From IMG/VR virus record IMGVR_UViG_3300010165_000005, positions 1-24,796 of that record: 24,796 nucleotides of DNA, one strand, 5' to 3'. The translations under genes and the position numbers were made by a program. Under the pieces are notes generated by a model that did not search any database, had not been told where the DNA came from, and saw only the letters and a program-made list of their open reading frames with translations. The first letter of the stretch is position 1. Every line of letters starts with the position of its first letter. Below, in pieces: positions 9,022-16,002 of the stretch. This DNA comes from a virus (Duplodnaviria; Caudoviricetes).

Positions 9022-9150
9022 AAACATGTAAGTAAAATAAAAAATTAAACTTTAGATGACTTATCTTTACTTACATCTTTTGTAAACGTACTGAGTAGGA
9101 AGATTCTGCCTTACCTTCCTACTCAAATATATAAAAAGGTAGTGAGTGAA

Positions 9151-9321
9151 ATGTCTACAAGAGACGAATTAATAAAGAAAGCTGAAGCTGACCAAGAAGC
9201 ATTTATAAAAGAGTATAATAAGCTAAAAGAAGAAGAAGAAGCTAAAAAACAGGACGACCTTGAGGTTAAAAAAGCTATATTAAGTAATAAGGATGATAAA
9301 TTCGCTAGTGAAGAAGATTAG
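9151..9321 (+). CDS. small charged protein (56 aa, MSTRDELIKKAEADQEAF...)
   Basis: Manually translated open ORF below the 60-aa track cutoff; AAAGGTAGTGAG upstream. Confidence 0.65.
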   Translation: MSTRDELIKKAEADQEAFIKEYNKLKEEEEAKKQDDLEVKKAILSNKDDKFASEED

Positions 9322-9367
9322 GCAATACCCCGTAAAGAGATACATTAGATAGAGTTACATAATTTCT

Positions 9368-9439
9368 AAGCCAATAGTTTAATCAGAAAAACATAGGTCT
9401 CCAAAACCTAAGAACAGGGAGCATAACCTTGTTGGCTTG
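9368..9439 (+). tRNA. tRNA-Trp (CCA), atypical T-loop
   Basis: AAGCCAA/TTGGCTT acceptor; TAGGT-CTCCAAA-ACCTA anticodon arm; CAGGG-AGCATAA-CCTTG T arm; no encoded 3' CCA. Confidence 0.85.
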
Positions 9440-9443
9440 TTAT

Positions 9444-9516
9444 TGAGATATAGTTCAGTTGGTAGAACGCTTGTCTGTTAAACAAGAAGTCACAGGTTCG
9501 AGTCCTGTTATCTCAG
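9444..9516 (+). tRNA. tRNA-Asn (GTT)
   Basis: Canonical cloverleaf: TGAGATA/TATCTCA, GTTC/GAAC, CTTGT-CTGTTAA-ACAAG, ACAGG-TTCGAGT-CCTGT. Confidence 0.95.
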
Positions 9517-9519
9517 TTT

Positions 9520-9602
9520 GGGAAAGTAGCCAAGATAAGACAAAGGCGGCGGACTGTAAATCCGTTCTTTCGGGTTCGTAGGTGCAAATCCTTCCTTTCC
9601 CA
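9520..9602 (+). tRNA. tRNA-Tyr (GTA)
   Basis: GGGAAAG/CTTTCCC acceptor; GCGGA-CTGTAAA-TCCGT; long variable arm; T-loop TGCAAAT. Confidence 0.92.
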
Positions 9603-9612
9603 TAACATTAAG

Positions 9613-9821
9613 TTGGGCTTATCAGGAGTGCGATAAGTTGCCTGAAGCAGGCTTTGTAAGCTGTCTTAGATAAATTTAAGAGGTTACACTGACCTCTATA
9701 AATATAGGAGTTTCTAAGTTAAATGCGTAGGACTCGGAGCTAGTCGCATAGCTTCCGCACTCAATACATAAAGCCAATCCCTCTACACCTTTCAAAGGAC
9801 AGTCATGTACTGACGTAGAGG
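9613..9821 (+). ncRNA. candidate structured ncRNA(s) of unknown family
   Basis: GC-enriched, no long ORF, many nested helices and a possible pseudoknot (see findings). Confidence 0.5.
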
Positions 9822-9923
9822 TTTTACATAAAATATATTGCTCTTGGAATAGCCTATTTTTTTTTATTCTTAAGTAAATTTACACCTAGAGGGTTTGACT
9901 CCCTCATATCCCTTTTACGGGAA

Positions 9924-9997
9924 GCTCTAGTTGAGTACTAATGACACGCCATGGCAACTTGGTCATTAGTAGACAGGTGCAAATCCTGTAGCAGAGC
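9924..9997 (+). ncRNA. tRNA-like RNA lacking a D arm
   Basis: Closing stem GCTCT(A)GTT/AGCAGAGC, 10-bp stem TACTAATGAC/GTCATTAGTA, T arm ACAGG-TGCAAAT-CCTGT. Confidence 0.6.
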
Positions 9998-10134
9998 GCT
10001 TGTTATTCTAGTTAACAAGAAAAGCCTCCCTTCCCATTAGAATTAAGTGAAACTTTTCGAAGTTTTAGTGGAGTATACCCACAGGCGTCTTCCTCTACAG
10101 AGAAGTAACTAGTTATATTGAGAGGAGGGAGCCT

Positions 10135-10503
10135 ATGAAAACAGTTGGAGAGATTAATCGAGATATAAGAGAACTAAAAGCTGAAGGCGGTCATGCAGAT
10201 AGCATATCAGATAAGTGGCACACTTTTGGTGAGCTATATTTCCATAGGGCTGTTCTCTTTTCGGTTATTCTAAATTCAAATAAGTCTATTTCTTGGAAGT
10301 CTTGGAAACACCACGATGGCACCATGTTTGATGATTCGTTTATTGTAGGTATTAATACACCTAAAGGACAGTATACTTACCATTATGGTCCAGAGCTTTG
10401 GGATTTATTTGATGTACCTGAGTTGGAGTATGCTCCTGAATATGATGGGCATGTCCCTGATGATGTTACTCGTTTGTTGTCCTTGAATTTTCCTATGATG
10501 TAA
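10135..10503 (+). CDS. conserved phage protein (WDGH-domain-like)
   Basis: SDKWHTFGELYFHR...WKSWKHHDG...QYTYH...YDGH pattern; GGAGG RBS. Confidence 0.75.
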   Translation: MKTVGEINRDIRELKAEGGHADSISDKWHTFGELYFHRAVLFSVILNSNKSISWKSWKHHDGTMFDDSFIVGINTPKGQYTYHYGPELWDLFDVPELEYAPEYDGHVPDDVTRLLSLNFPMM

Positions 10504-10507
10504 TATT

Positions 10508-10538
10508 TTAGCTATCTATTAGGTAGCTAATTTTATTT
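10508..10538 (+). terminator. intrinsic terminator
   Basis: TTAGCTATCT/AGGTAGCTAA stem followed by T-rich sequence. Confidence 0.7.
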
Positions 10539-10548
10539 CATTAAAGTG

Positions 10549-10577
10549 TTGACATTGGATAAAAAGCATGATAAGAT
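10549..10577 (+). promoter_or_regulatory. sigma-A-type promoter
   Basis: TTGACA-17-TAAGAT with an extended TG. Confidence 0.75.
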
Positions 10578-10613
10578 AAGTATAGAAAGTTAGAGGGAGG
10601 AGAAAACAATAAA

Positions 10614-10823
10614 ATGGCAATCCAAGGAAAAGAACTAGAATTTAAACAAGCTAGACGAGATAAACATATGTCGCTAACAGATTTAGCTAAGGTATTAAAG
10701 GTGGACAAAAGTGCAGTGTCTTACTGGGAACGAGGCTTACGTTATCCTAGAAAAGAATACCACAAAAAAATAGAAAACTACTTAGGTAAACCTGTTTCAG
10801 AACTTATGCAAGAAAAAGAATAA
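10614..10823 (+). CDS. XRE/Cro-family helix-turn-helix regulator
   Basis: MSLTDLAKVLKVDKSAVSYWERGLRYP. Confidence 0.92.
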   Translation: MAIQGKELEFKQARRDKHMSLTDLAKVLKVDKSAVSYWERGLRYPRKEYHKKIENYLGKPVSELMQEKE

Positions 10824-10862
10824 AGTGCTAAAATTTTTAGCAATTTATTTTTAAAGTAAAGG

Positions 10863-10891
10863 TTGACAAACAAAAATTTATTTAGTAAAAT
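10863..10891 (+). promoter_or_regulatory. sigma-A-type promoter
   Basis: TTGACA-17-TAAAAT; the ORF-track TTG start at 10863 is this -35 box. Confidence 0.75.
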
Positions 10892-10922
10892 ATACTTAAT
10901 AAATAAAGAGGAGATGGAAAGT

Positions 10923-11255
10923 ATGTACAAGGAGAATTACACAACAAAAACTTTATCAAAATCAGAGGAAAAACTAACAAGAGATATTGAAGAACTAGAA
11001 TCAATCAAAACTTCTTTAGAAACCCTAAAAGCAAGAGAGAAAGCCCTAAAAGAAAATATTTTTAATCATATGGGTGACCTAGACTTAGGATATTATGAGA
11101 CAAGTAATTATGAGTATAATATTGTTCGAAATGCACAAAGAAACCAAGTAGATAGTAAAAAGTTAAAGAACCAGTTTCCGAATGTGTTTAAAACAGTTAG
11201 TAGTTTAAAGGATATAAAACCTTACATTCAAGTAAAGAAAGTTAAAAAAGACTAA
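10923..11255 (+). CDS. coiled-coil hypothetical protein; may extend to 11322 if the A6 run at 11244 carries an extra A
   Basis: GAGGAG RBS with ATG 10923; VDSKKLKNQFP motif as in phage YqaJ-tail/Gp157-like proteins. Confidence 0.7.
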   Translation: MYKENYTTKTLSKSEEKLTRDIEELESIKTSLETLKAREKALKENIFNHMGDLDLGYYETSNYEYNIVRNAQRNQVDSKKLKNQFPNVFKTVSSLKDIKPYIQVKKVKKD

Positions 11256-11343
11256 GGGTAAAGAAATTAAAGAGAAAATGATGGAAGAAAACGTTTGTAA
11301 AACTACAGATGAATTTGACTAAAGGTAAAGGAGTAAACTCGAA

Positions 11344-11586
11344 ATGAGGAAATATAGACTATTAGTTCGAACAAAACACCCTATGCAAATAGATGAGGAA
11401 ACAGGAGCATATGCAAAAGTTGTTTCTTTCCCACTTACTGATGAACCTCAAATAGAAGCTATTATGGAAGAAAATAATGAAAATTCTCACTGGTTTAAAT
11501 TAGAAAGTGCAGAAAAAACAATGTACTTAGCAAAAGATGACATTGTAAATATCATAGAGGTGGAGGTAAATACAAATGGCGGTTAG
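11344..11586 (+). CDS. hypothetical protein
   Basis: AAAGGAG RBS; open 80 aa ORF. Confidence 0.75.
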   Translation: MRKYRLLVRTKHPMQIDEETGAYAKVVSFPLTDEPQIEAIMEENNENSHWFKLESAEKTMYLAKDDIVNIIEVEVNTNGG

Positions 11587-11986
11587 AGTAGATTTGAAAG
11601 TTAGAAAGAATGAGGATAATGGTGACTTTGAAAAAGCTCTAAGTGAATTTTGTAAAAAGTACTCCGAAGAAAATGATTGTGCAATTGAGTTTGATACTCA
11701 AGACCATAGAGATGTACAGTTCTTTTGGTGGGAAGAGGCTATTTACAAGGATACCATATCAAGTGGATATGTAACTCATCAGTTAAAGAAAATGGAAAAA
11801 GAAGACCAAGAGGCTTATAGAAGATATCAAGACATCTATAGTCAGGTAGCAAAGCAAACGTTTAGTAAGGTTGTTGGACTAGAAGCAGTAATTCAGACAG
11901 TAGGCTATCGAGCTGAAACTTACAAAGACCCTGTATCTTTACCAGCACTTAAATTATTATATGAAGAAGTTACAAGAAGGTATTAA
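11576..11986 (+). CDS. hypothetical protein
   Basis: GGAGGT RBS; overlaps the upstream gene. Confidence 0.75.
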   Translation: MAVRVDLKVRKNEDNGDFEKALSEFCKKYSEENDCAIEFDTQDHRDVQFFWWEEAIYKDTISSGYVTHQLKKMEKEDQEAYRRYQDIYSQVAKQTFSKVVGLEAVIQTVGYRAETYKDPVSLPALKLLYEEVTRRY

Positions 11987-12062
11987 TTTAAAACATTCTT
12001 AATAAATAATAAAAAGCTTACTTTCCAGTAGGGATTTTAATAAATAGATATTGACAAATACC

Positions 12063-12119
12063 TTGATTTTTTACTATATGTTGTGTATAATAATAATTAG
12101 TCACCCCAATATATGGGAT
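12063..12119 (+). promoter_or_regulatory. nrdH promoter with tandem NrdR-like boxes
   Basis: TTGATT-17-TATAAT; box 1 TTACTATATGTTGTGT (12071-12086) and box 2 CCCCAATATATGGGAT (12104-12119) versus consensus acaCwAtATaTwGtgt. Confidence 0.7.
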
Positions 12120-12149
12120 AATAAATTATACATAAGGAGCTAGAAAATC

Positions 12150-12389
12150 ATGAGTATAACCGTATTTTCAAAACAAAATTGCATGCAATGCAAAATGACA
12201 AAAAGACAGCTAGAGGCTAAAGGTATTCCGTTTGAGGAGAAGAATACAGACGATAACCCAGAGGTTTTAGAACAATTACGTGAAGAAGGTTTTGGTTCAC
12301 TTCCTGTTGTTAAAGCTGGAGAAGAATCTTGGACAGGATTCCAACCGCCTAAAATTGCACATTTAGCCGAACTTGTTCAATCAGCATAA
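12150..12389 (+). CDS. nrdH: glutaredoxin-like protein NrdH
   Basis: VFSKQNCMQCKMTK, SLPVV and WTGFQP are NrdH signatures. Confidence 0.95.
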   Translation: MSITVFSKQNCMQCKMTKRQLEAKGIPFEEKNTDDNPEVLEQLREEGFGSLPVVKAGEESWTGFQPPKIAHLAELVQSA

Positions 12390-12398
12390 TTCATTTTT

Positions 12399-12425
12399 AT
12401 CCTACTTTCGAGTAGGATTTTTTTT
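12399..12425 (+). terminator. intrinsic terminator
   Basis: ATCCTACT-TTCG-AGTAGGAT followed by a T-run. Confidence 0.9.
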
Positions 12426-12436
12426 AATAGAAGGTG

Positions 12437-12465
12437 TTGACAAAAGTTGTTTAAAATACTATAAT
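12437..12465 (+). promoter_or_regulatory. consensus sigma-A promoter
   Basis: TTGACA-17-TATAAT. Confidence 0.85.
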
Positions 12466-12492
12466 AACAAATATAGAAAGGGGGTAAGTTTA

Positions 12493-13272
12493 TTGCCTAA
12501 AAAGAAAAAGAAGAAACAAAGCCAACCCAAAGAAATTCCTAAACAAAAACCTCGTAAATATATAGATGCACATTTTAAACATAGTGATGTAAAGTACGCT
12601 GTAGAATTTTACCAAAAGCAAATTAGACGGATGTTAACAAATTTAGAAGAGATTGGAGTGTATACGGAAATAGTTTATTTTTCAAAGTCAAGTGAATCTG
12701 TTTATGTTGCTTTTACTTTGTCCCCAGAGGCACAGAGAGCCGTGGGAGTATCCGAGAAAATATATATGGGACAATTCGTAATCTCTAGCCATAAACGCTA
12801 CTACACAATGAATGTGCGCACCTTTTATTTACAAGATGTTTCTAGCGCAGATGAATTTGAAAACTACTTAAGAGGAAAGATAAAAGAGTTAATTAGCCAA
12901 GAAGTGAGACCTCAAAGTTTTCTTTGTTCTCTAACTAAAAAAGAATTAGATTGTTTAAGAGTTATTGGTAAATCTTTACGAACAGGCACTTATTTAGAGC
13001 TAGACCCTAATCAAATAGAGGACCCTTTGTTTGACGTTTGTTTTCGAACAAAAACAAGAGCTTTATTAGCAGTAACTCGAGAAGAAAAAACAAGTCAAAT
13101 GATAGGGAACTTACAGTATAAGGGTTGCTTACAAGTTGTAGATAATGCGGTTGGTTATCGTTTAGGTCTAAGTCTAAGTAATACAGGTAAAGCCCTACTA
13201 GGTACTTATGGCGCAGATATAGAATCAAGCGCTTGGATTAAATATTTAGATACAAGGTCTTTAGATTTGTAA
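12493..13272 (+). CDS. hypothetical protein with a Lys-rich N-terminus
   Basis: Start reassigned to TTG 12493 after GAAAGGGGG, because the track start lies upstream of a terminator and promoter. Confidence 0.75.
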   Translation: MPKKKKKKQSQPKEIPKQKPRKYIDAHFKHSDVKYAVEFYQKQIRRMLTNLEEIGVYTEIVYFSKSSESVYVAFTLSPEAQRAVGVSEKIYMGQFVISSHKRYYTMNVRTFYLQDVSSADEFENYLRGKIKELISQEVRPQSFLCSLTKKELDCLRVIGKSLRTGTYLELDPNQIEDPLFDVCFRTKTRALLAVTREEKTSQMIGNLQYKGCLQVVDNAVGYRLGLSLSNTGKALLGTYGADIESSAWIKYLDTRSLDL

Positions 13273-13301
13273 AAAAGTTTTATAAAAGTTAAGAGAAACG
13301 G

Positions 13302-13330
13302 TTGACAAAGATGCTGTAATAGAGTAAAAT
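13302..13330 (+). promoter_or_regulatory. sigma-A-type promoter
   Basis: TTGACA-17-TAAAAT. Confidence 0.75.
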
Positions 13331-13358
13331 AAAGGTATTAATTTGAAAGGGGATAACA

Positions 13359-13886
13359 ATGAAAACATTAGAAGAAAGATTAGGTGGGCACTCCTTAAGA
13401 GAGGTAGACACTAGTAGCTTATTTAACTTATTAAGGTACACAATAAAAAGCAAAAGAAAGGCAGAAACTAATTTAAGTTTTATTACCCAAAAGGACGGTT
13501 TTAAAGACTACTGTAAACCAATAGTTCAACAAATTTCTTTGGTTTTATTAAAATATCCATTTTTAGGATTTGTTATCACTAGTATAGTTCACATTTTTAT
13601 TCGCTGGTATTGGGTGCAAATCGTAGTGGACATTTTCTATTGGTTATTCTTAGGAGTTTTAGCTTTTGTTGGACTATTATGGATTGGGTACTTTTTTGTT
13701 AAAAAAGTTATCCATGGTGTCCAAAGCTCAGATAAAGGGTTGCAAGCAAAAGAAGAATTTGAAGCAGGCGTTAATCAAGCAGAAAAAGAAATACAATCTG
13801 TAAGAAATGAACTGTACGCTAGGGGAGTTAAAAAGGAAAATGTGATAAAACTTGAAACGTTATATGATGAATATGATAATGTGTAA
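13359..13886 (+). CDS. membrane protein (about 2 central TM helices)
   Basis: Hydrophobic centre with charged helical flanks; GAAAGGGG RBS. Confidence 0.8.
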   Translation: MKTLEERLGGHSLREVDTSSLFNLLRYTIKSKRKAETNLSFITQKDGFKDYCKPIVQQISLVLLKYPFLGFVITSIVHIFIRWYWVQIVVDIFYWLFLGVLAFVGLLWIGYFFVKKVIHGVQSSDKGLQAKEEFEAGVNQAEKEIQSVRNELYARGVKKENVIKLETLYDEYDNV

Positions 13887-13906
13887 AGGAGATTTTTTAT
13901 CATTAT

Positions 13907-14107
13907 GGTCAAAGAATACTCACACTTCTAAAGTGTGAGATGAATTTGACAAAACACATAAACCATAGGGACTATGGGGATAGCTTGGTAAATAAAAGAA
14001 GTCAATGAACCAGTTGTAACCCAACTGTTTTAAACATGCTTTGTTCCCAAGAATCTGACACTTCTAAACGTTAAATCGAAGATTTAGTGTAAGTGTTGGC
14101 AGTTCAA
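13907..14107 (+). mobile_element. 201-bp minimal IS200/IS605 derivative (left end plus omegaRNA scaffold, no ORF)
   Basis: Preceded by TTAT; left-end hairpin CTCACACTT/AAGTGTGAG-ATGAA; 13961-14107 homologous to 8841-8986; ends TCAA; removal restores RBS...ATG TCA AGG ATT AAC ATG. Confidence 0.88.
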
Positions 14108-14120
14108 GTCAAGGATTAAC

Positions 14121-14429
14121 ATGCAGGTAGAAGATTACCGAATAAAATCAGATGAATTTCAACTAATTGTTACAAAGATTCGAAGAGATGAAAAAGGGAA
14201 TATCCGCAAGTCGAAAAAGCGTAATGGAGAAGGAGAAGAGGATAGTGTTTCTCTTGTTGGATACTACGGGAATATGAGAAAAGCTATGAGTGGTATTGCA
14301 AAAGATTATCTGACAACTGAAAGTTATGACAAAAAAGAAATCACAACCATCAAAGAATATCAAGAAGAACTTGATTTTATTATAGAAGAATTTTATCAAC
14401 AAAGTGATTTAGAAGAACCTTTCAATTAG
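14121..14429 (+). CDS. hypothetical phage protein (DUF5405-like); original start split by the mini-IS
   Basis: YRIKSDEFQLIV...VGYYGN pattern. Confidence 0.7.
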   Translation: MQVEDYRIKSDEFQLIVTKIRRDEKGNIRKSKKRNGEGEEDSVSLVGYYGNMRKAMSGIAKDYLTTESYDKKEITTIKEYQEELDFIIEEFYQQSDLEEPFN

Positions 14430-14438
14430 GGGAAAACA

Positions 14439-14602
14439 ATGGGCGATAAATCGGAAAAACAAAAATTTTTAAGTGACTTACTCGAATGTATACGAGAAGG
14501 AAAGAAATTTTATATGAGAGTGAAGAATTTGTTTTTACTAAAAAGGTAAGACAGAAATTCTTTTCAGATAATAAAAATAACATCGAGGTGACACAATGGT
14601 AA
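14439..14602 (+). pseudogene. small ORF with a probable 2-nt duplication frameshift
   Basis: MGDKSEKQKF...KKFY; removing one AT of TATATG near 14511 continues ESEEFVFTKKVRQKFF...TQW* into the next start. Confidence 0.45.
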
Positions 14603-14820
14603 CAGGAAAATTTAAGGCAAAAATGAAAGGTTCATTTGATATTAATGATAAAAACATTGATTGGTTAAAAGATTGGGTAGACGATAAAGGATACATTTAC
14701 GGTTACTACGTAGATGGATACATTGTAGGAAACATCGATGAAGTAACAACAGAAGATTTTTGTGTGAATTGGTGGATTCCAGTTGAAACGGAAACTTTAG
14801 AGGCGTGGGAGGGTAAATAA
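14596..14820 (+). CDS. YopX-like small phage protein
   Basis: KFKAK...IYGYYV...IPVETETL resembles the YopX N-terminal region. Confidence 0.55.
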   Translation: MVTGKFKAKMKGSFDINDKNIDWLKDWVDDKGYIYGYYVDGYIVGNIDEVTTEDFCVNWWIPVETETLEAWEGK

Positions 14821-15405
14821 ATGAGAACAGATAAGAATTTAAAAAACCCTTTTGACCCAAACTTAACTCACGAAGAATTTAGTATTGCTGCTAAATGGTG
14901 GAATGAACAAGTAGACAAATTTGAGGAGAAAAAGAAAAAAGAAATTCAAGCAGGAACTTACGCTCCTGTAGATAAAGAAGACAAGAGAATGTTTGAAGCG
15001 AATGAAAAGCTTATTGAAATAGATAAAGAGCATGAATATAATGGTATAACTTTAGGCAAAGAATATTACGTCTTAAAATTCGGTAGTGGTGTGCATGATA
15101 AATATTATGTAGATAAAGTAATTATTCGTTATCGAGACGATTCGAAAGGAAAACCTTTATACTTTACAGGGCATGACTATAAAGCTTACTTTCCTTATGA
15201 AATTTGTAGCACAAAACAAGATGCAAAAGACATTATTGAAATAGCTACAAAAGCGACCAAAAATCCATCGCCTATAGGAAATATTTATCACTACTATGAT
15301 GAGTTTAAAGAAAAAGAAGGTCTCAGTGAATCAGAGCTTGCCTCTTATTATGTACAAATGGCAAAAGTCAACAAATGGAATAAGGAGGCTAAAGGTGAAT
15401 CATAG
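14821..15405 (+). CDS. hypothetical protein
   Basis: GGGAGGG RBS; 194 aa open ORF. Confidence 0.8.
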   Translation: MRTDKNLKNPFDPNLTHEEFSIAAKWWNEQVDKFEEKKKKEIQAGTYAPVDKEDKRMFEANEKLIEIDKEHEYNGITLGKEYYVLKFGSGVHDKYYVDKVIIRYRDDSKGKPLYFTGHDYKAYFPYEICSTKQDAKDIIEIATKATKNPSPIGNIYHYYDEFKEKEGLSESELASYYVQMAKVNKWNKEAKGES

Positions 15406-15787
15406 ACAATACTTAGAGGAATTAAATTATAATTCTATAGAAAAACAAACAAAAAATGATAGTAGAAGACAGAAAAAACGTTGGAAAAAAGAACGTAAGA
15501 AGTACGGATTTGACCAAAGAGATACATGGAATATGGATACAACTATGATTGAGTTGTTATATGAGCGTATTCGAATGTATTTAGAGGTTACAATTGTAGA
15601 CCTTGACTATCATAAAATTTTAATTAATGGAACTGAGGGAACATTAAGATATTGGCTACATGTACTTCTTGTATTATGTTCAGAATTTTTAACAGAAGAT
15701 GAAGATTACTCTAAAATTGATGATGGCACACTTTCTCGTAAAATTTGGAATATTTGGGCAGAGCTGGATACATATGTTTGGTGGTAA
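15395..15787 (+). CDS. conserved hypothetical phage protein
   Basis: Start reassigned to GTG 15395 after AAGGAGG; YGFDQRDTWNMD...WW pattern. Confidence 0.75.
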   Translation: MNHRQYLEELNYNSIEKQTKNDSRRQKKRWKKERKKYGFDQRDTWNMDTTMIELLYERIRMYLEVTIVDLDYHKILINGTEGTLRYWLHVLLVLCSEFLTEDEDYSKIDDGTLSRKIWNIWAELDTYVWW

Positions 15788-15818
15788 CTAATAGCATAGA
15801 AAGGAAGAGTAACAAAAT

Positions 15819-15992
15819 ATGGAAAGAAAATTAGAAACTTATTGGGTAGGAATTCAACCAATCAAAATGGATTCACCAGAGTATTACATTTTAGTCAATG
15901 GAGAAAATAAAGTAGATGCGGAGAATACTGCAAGTCGTATGTTCCCAGATAATAGAATTATTCACGTAAGTAAAGCAGAGGAAGGGAAGTGA
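15819..15992 (+). CDS. small hypothetical protein (57 aa, MERKLETYWVGIQ...)
   Basis: GAAAGGA RBS; fills the gap between neighbouring genes; below track cutoff. Confidence 0.65.
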   Translation: MERKLETYWVGIQPIKMDSPEYYILVNGENKVDAENTASRMFPDNRIIHVSKAEEGK

Positions 15993-16002
15993 ATATATTA
16001 GA

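Noticed and set aside
9679-9708. preQ1-I riboswitch look-alike (AGAGG...CCTCT ATAAA)
   Set aside because: The loop lacks the conserved motif and pairing to the A-rich tail, and no queuosine gene follows.
9614-9913. Possible tmRNA (about 300 nt, GGG start, T arm near the end)
   Set aside because: The 5' and 3' acceptor strands do not pair, there is no G3-U alanine determinant or CCA, no convincing tag ORF, and a T-run interrupts it.
13907-14107. IStron (self-splicing IS)
   Set aside because: No group I core (P3/P7) is present, the element is too short, and it does not end in G.
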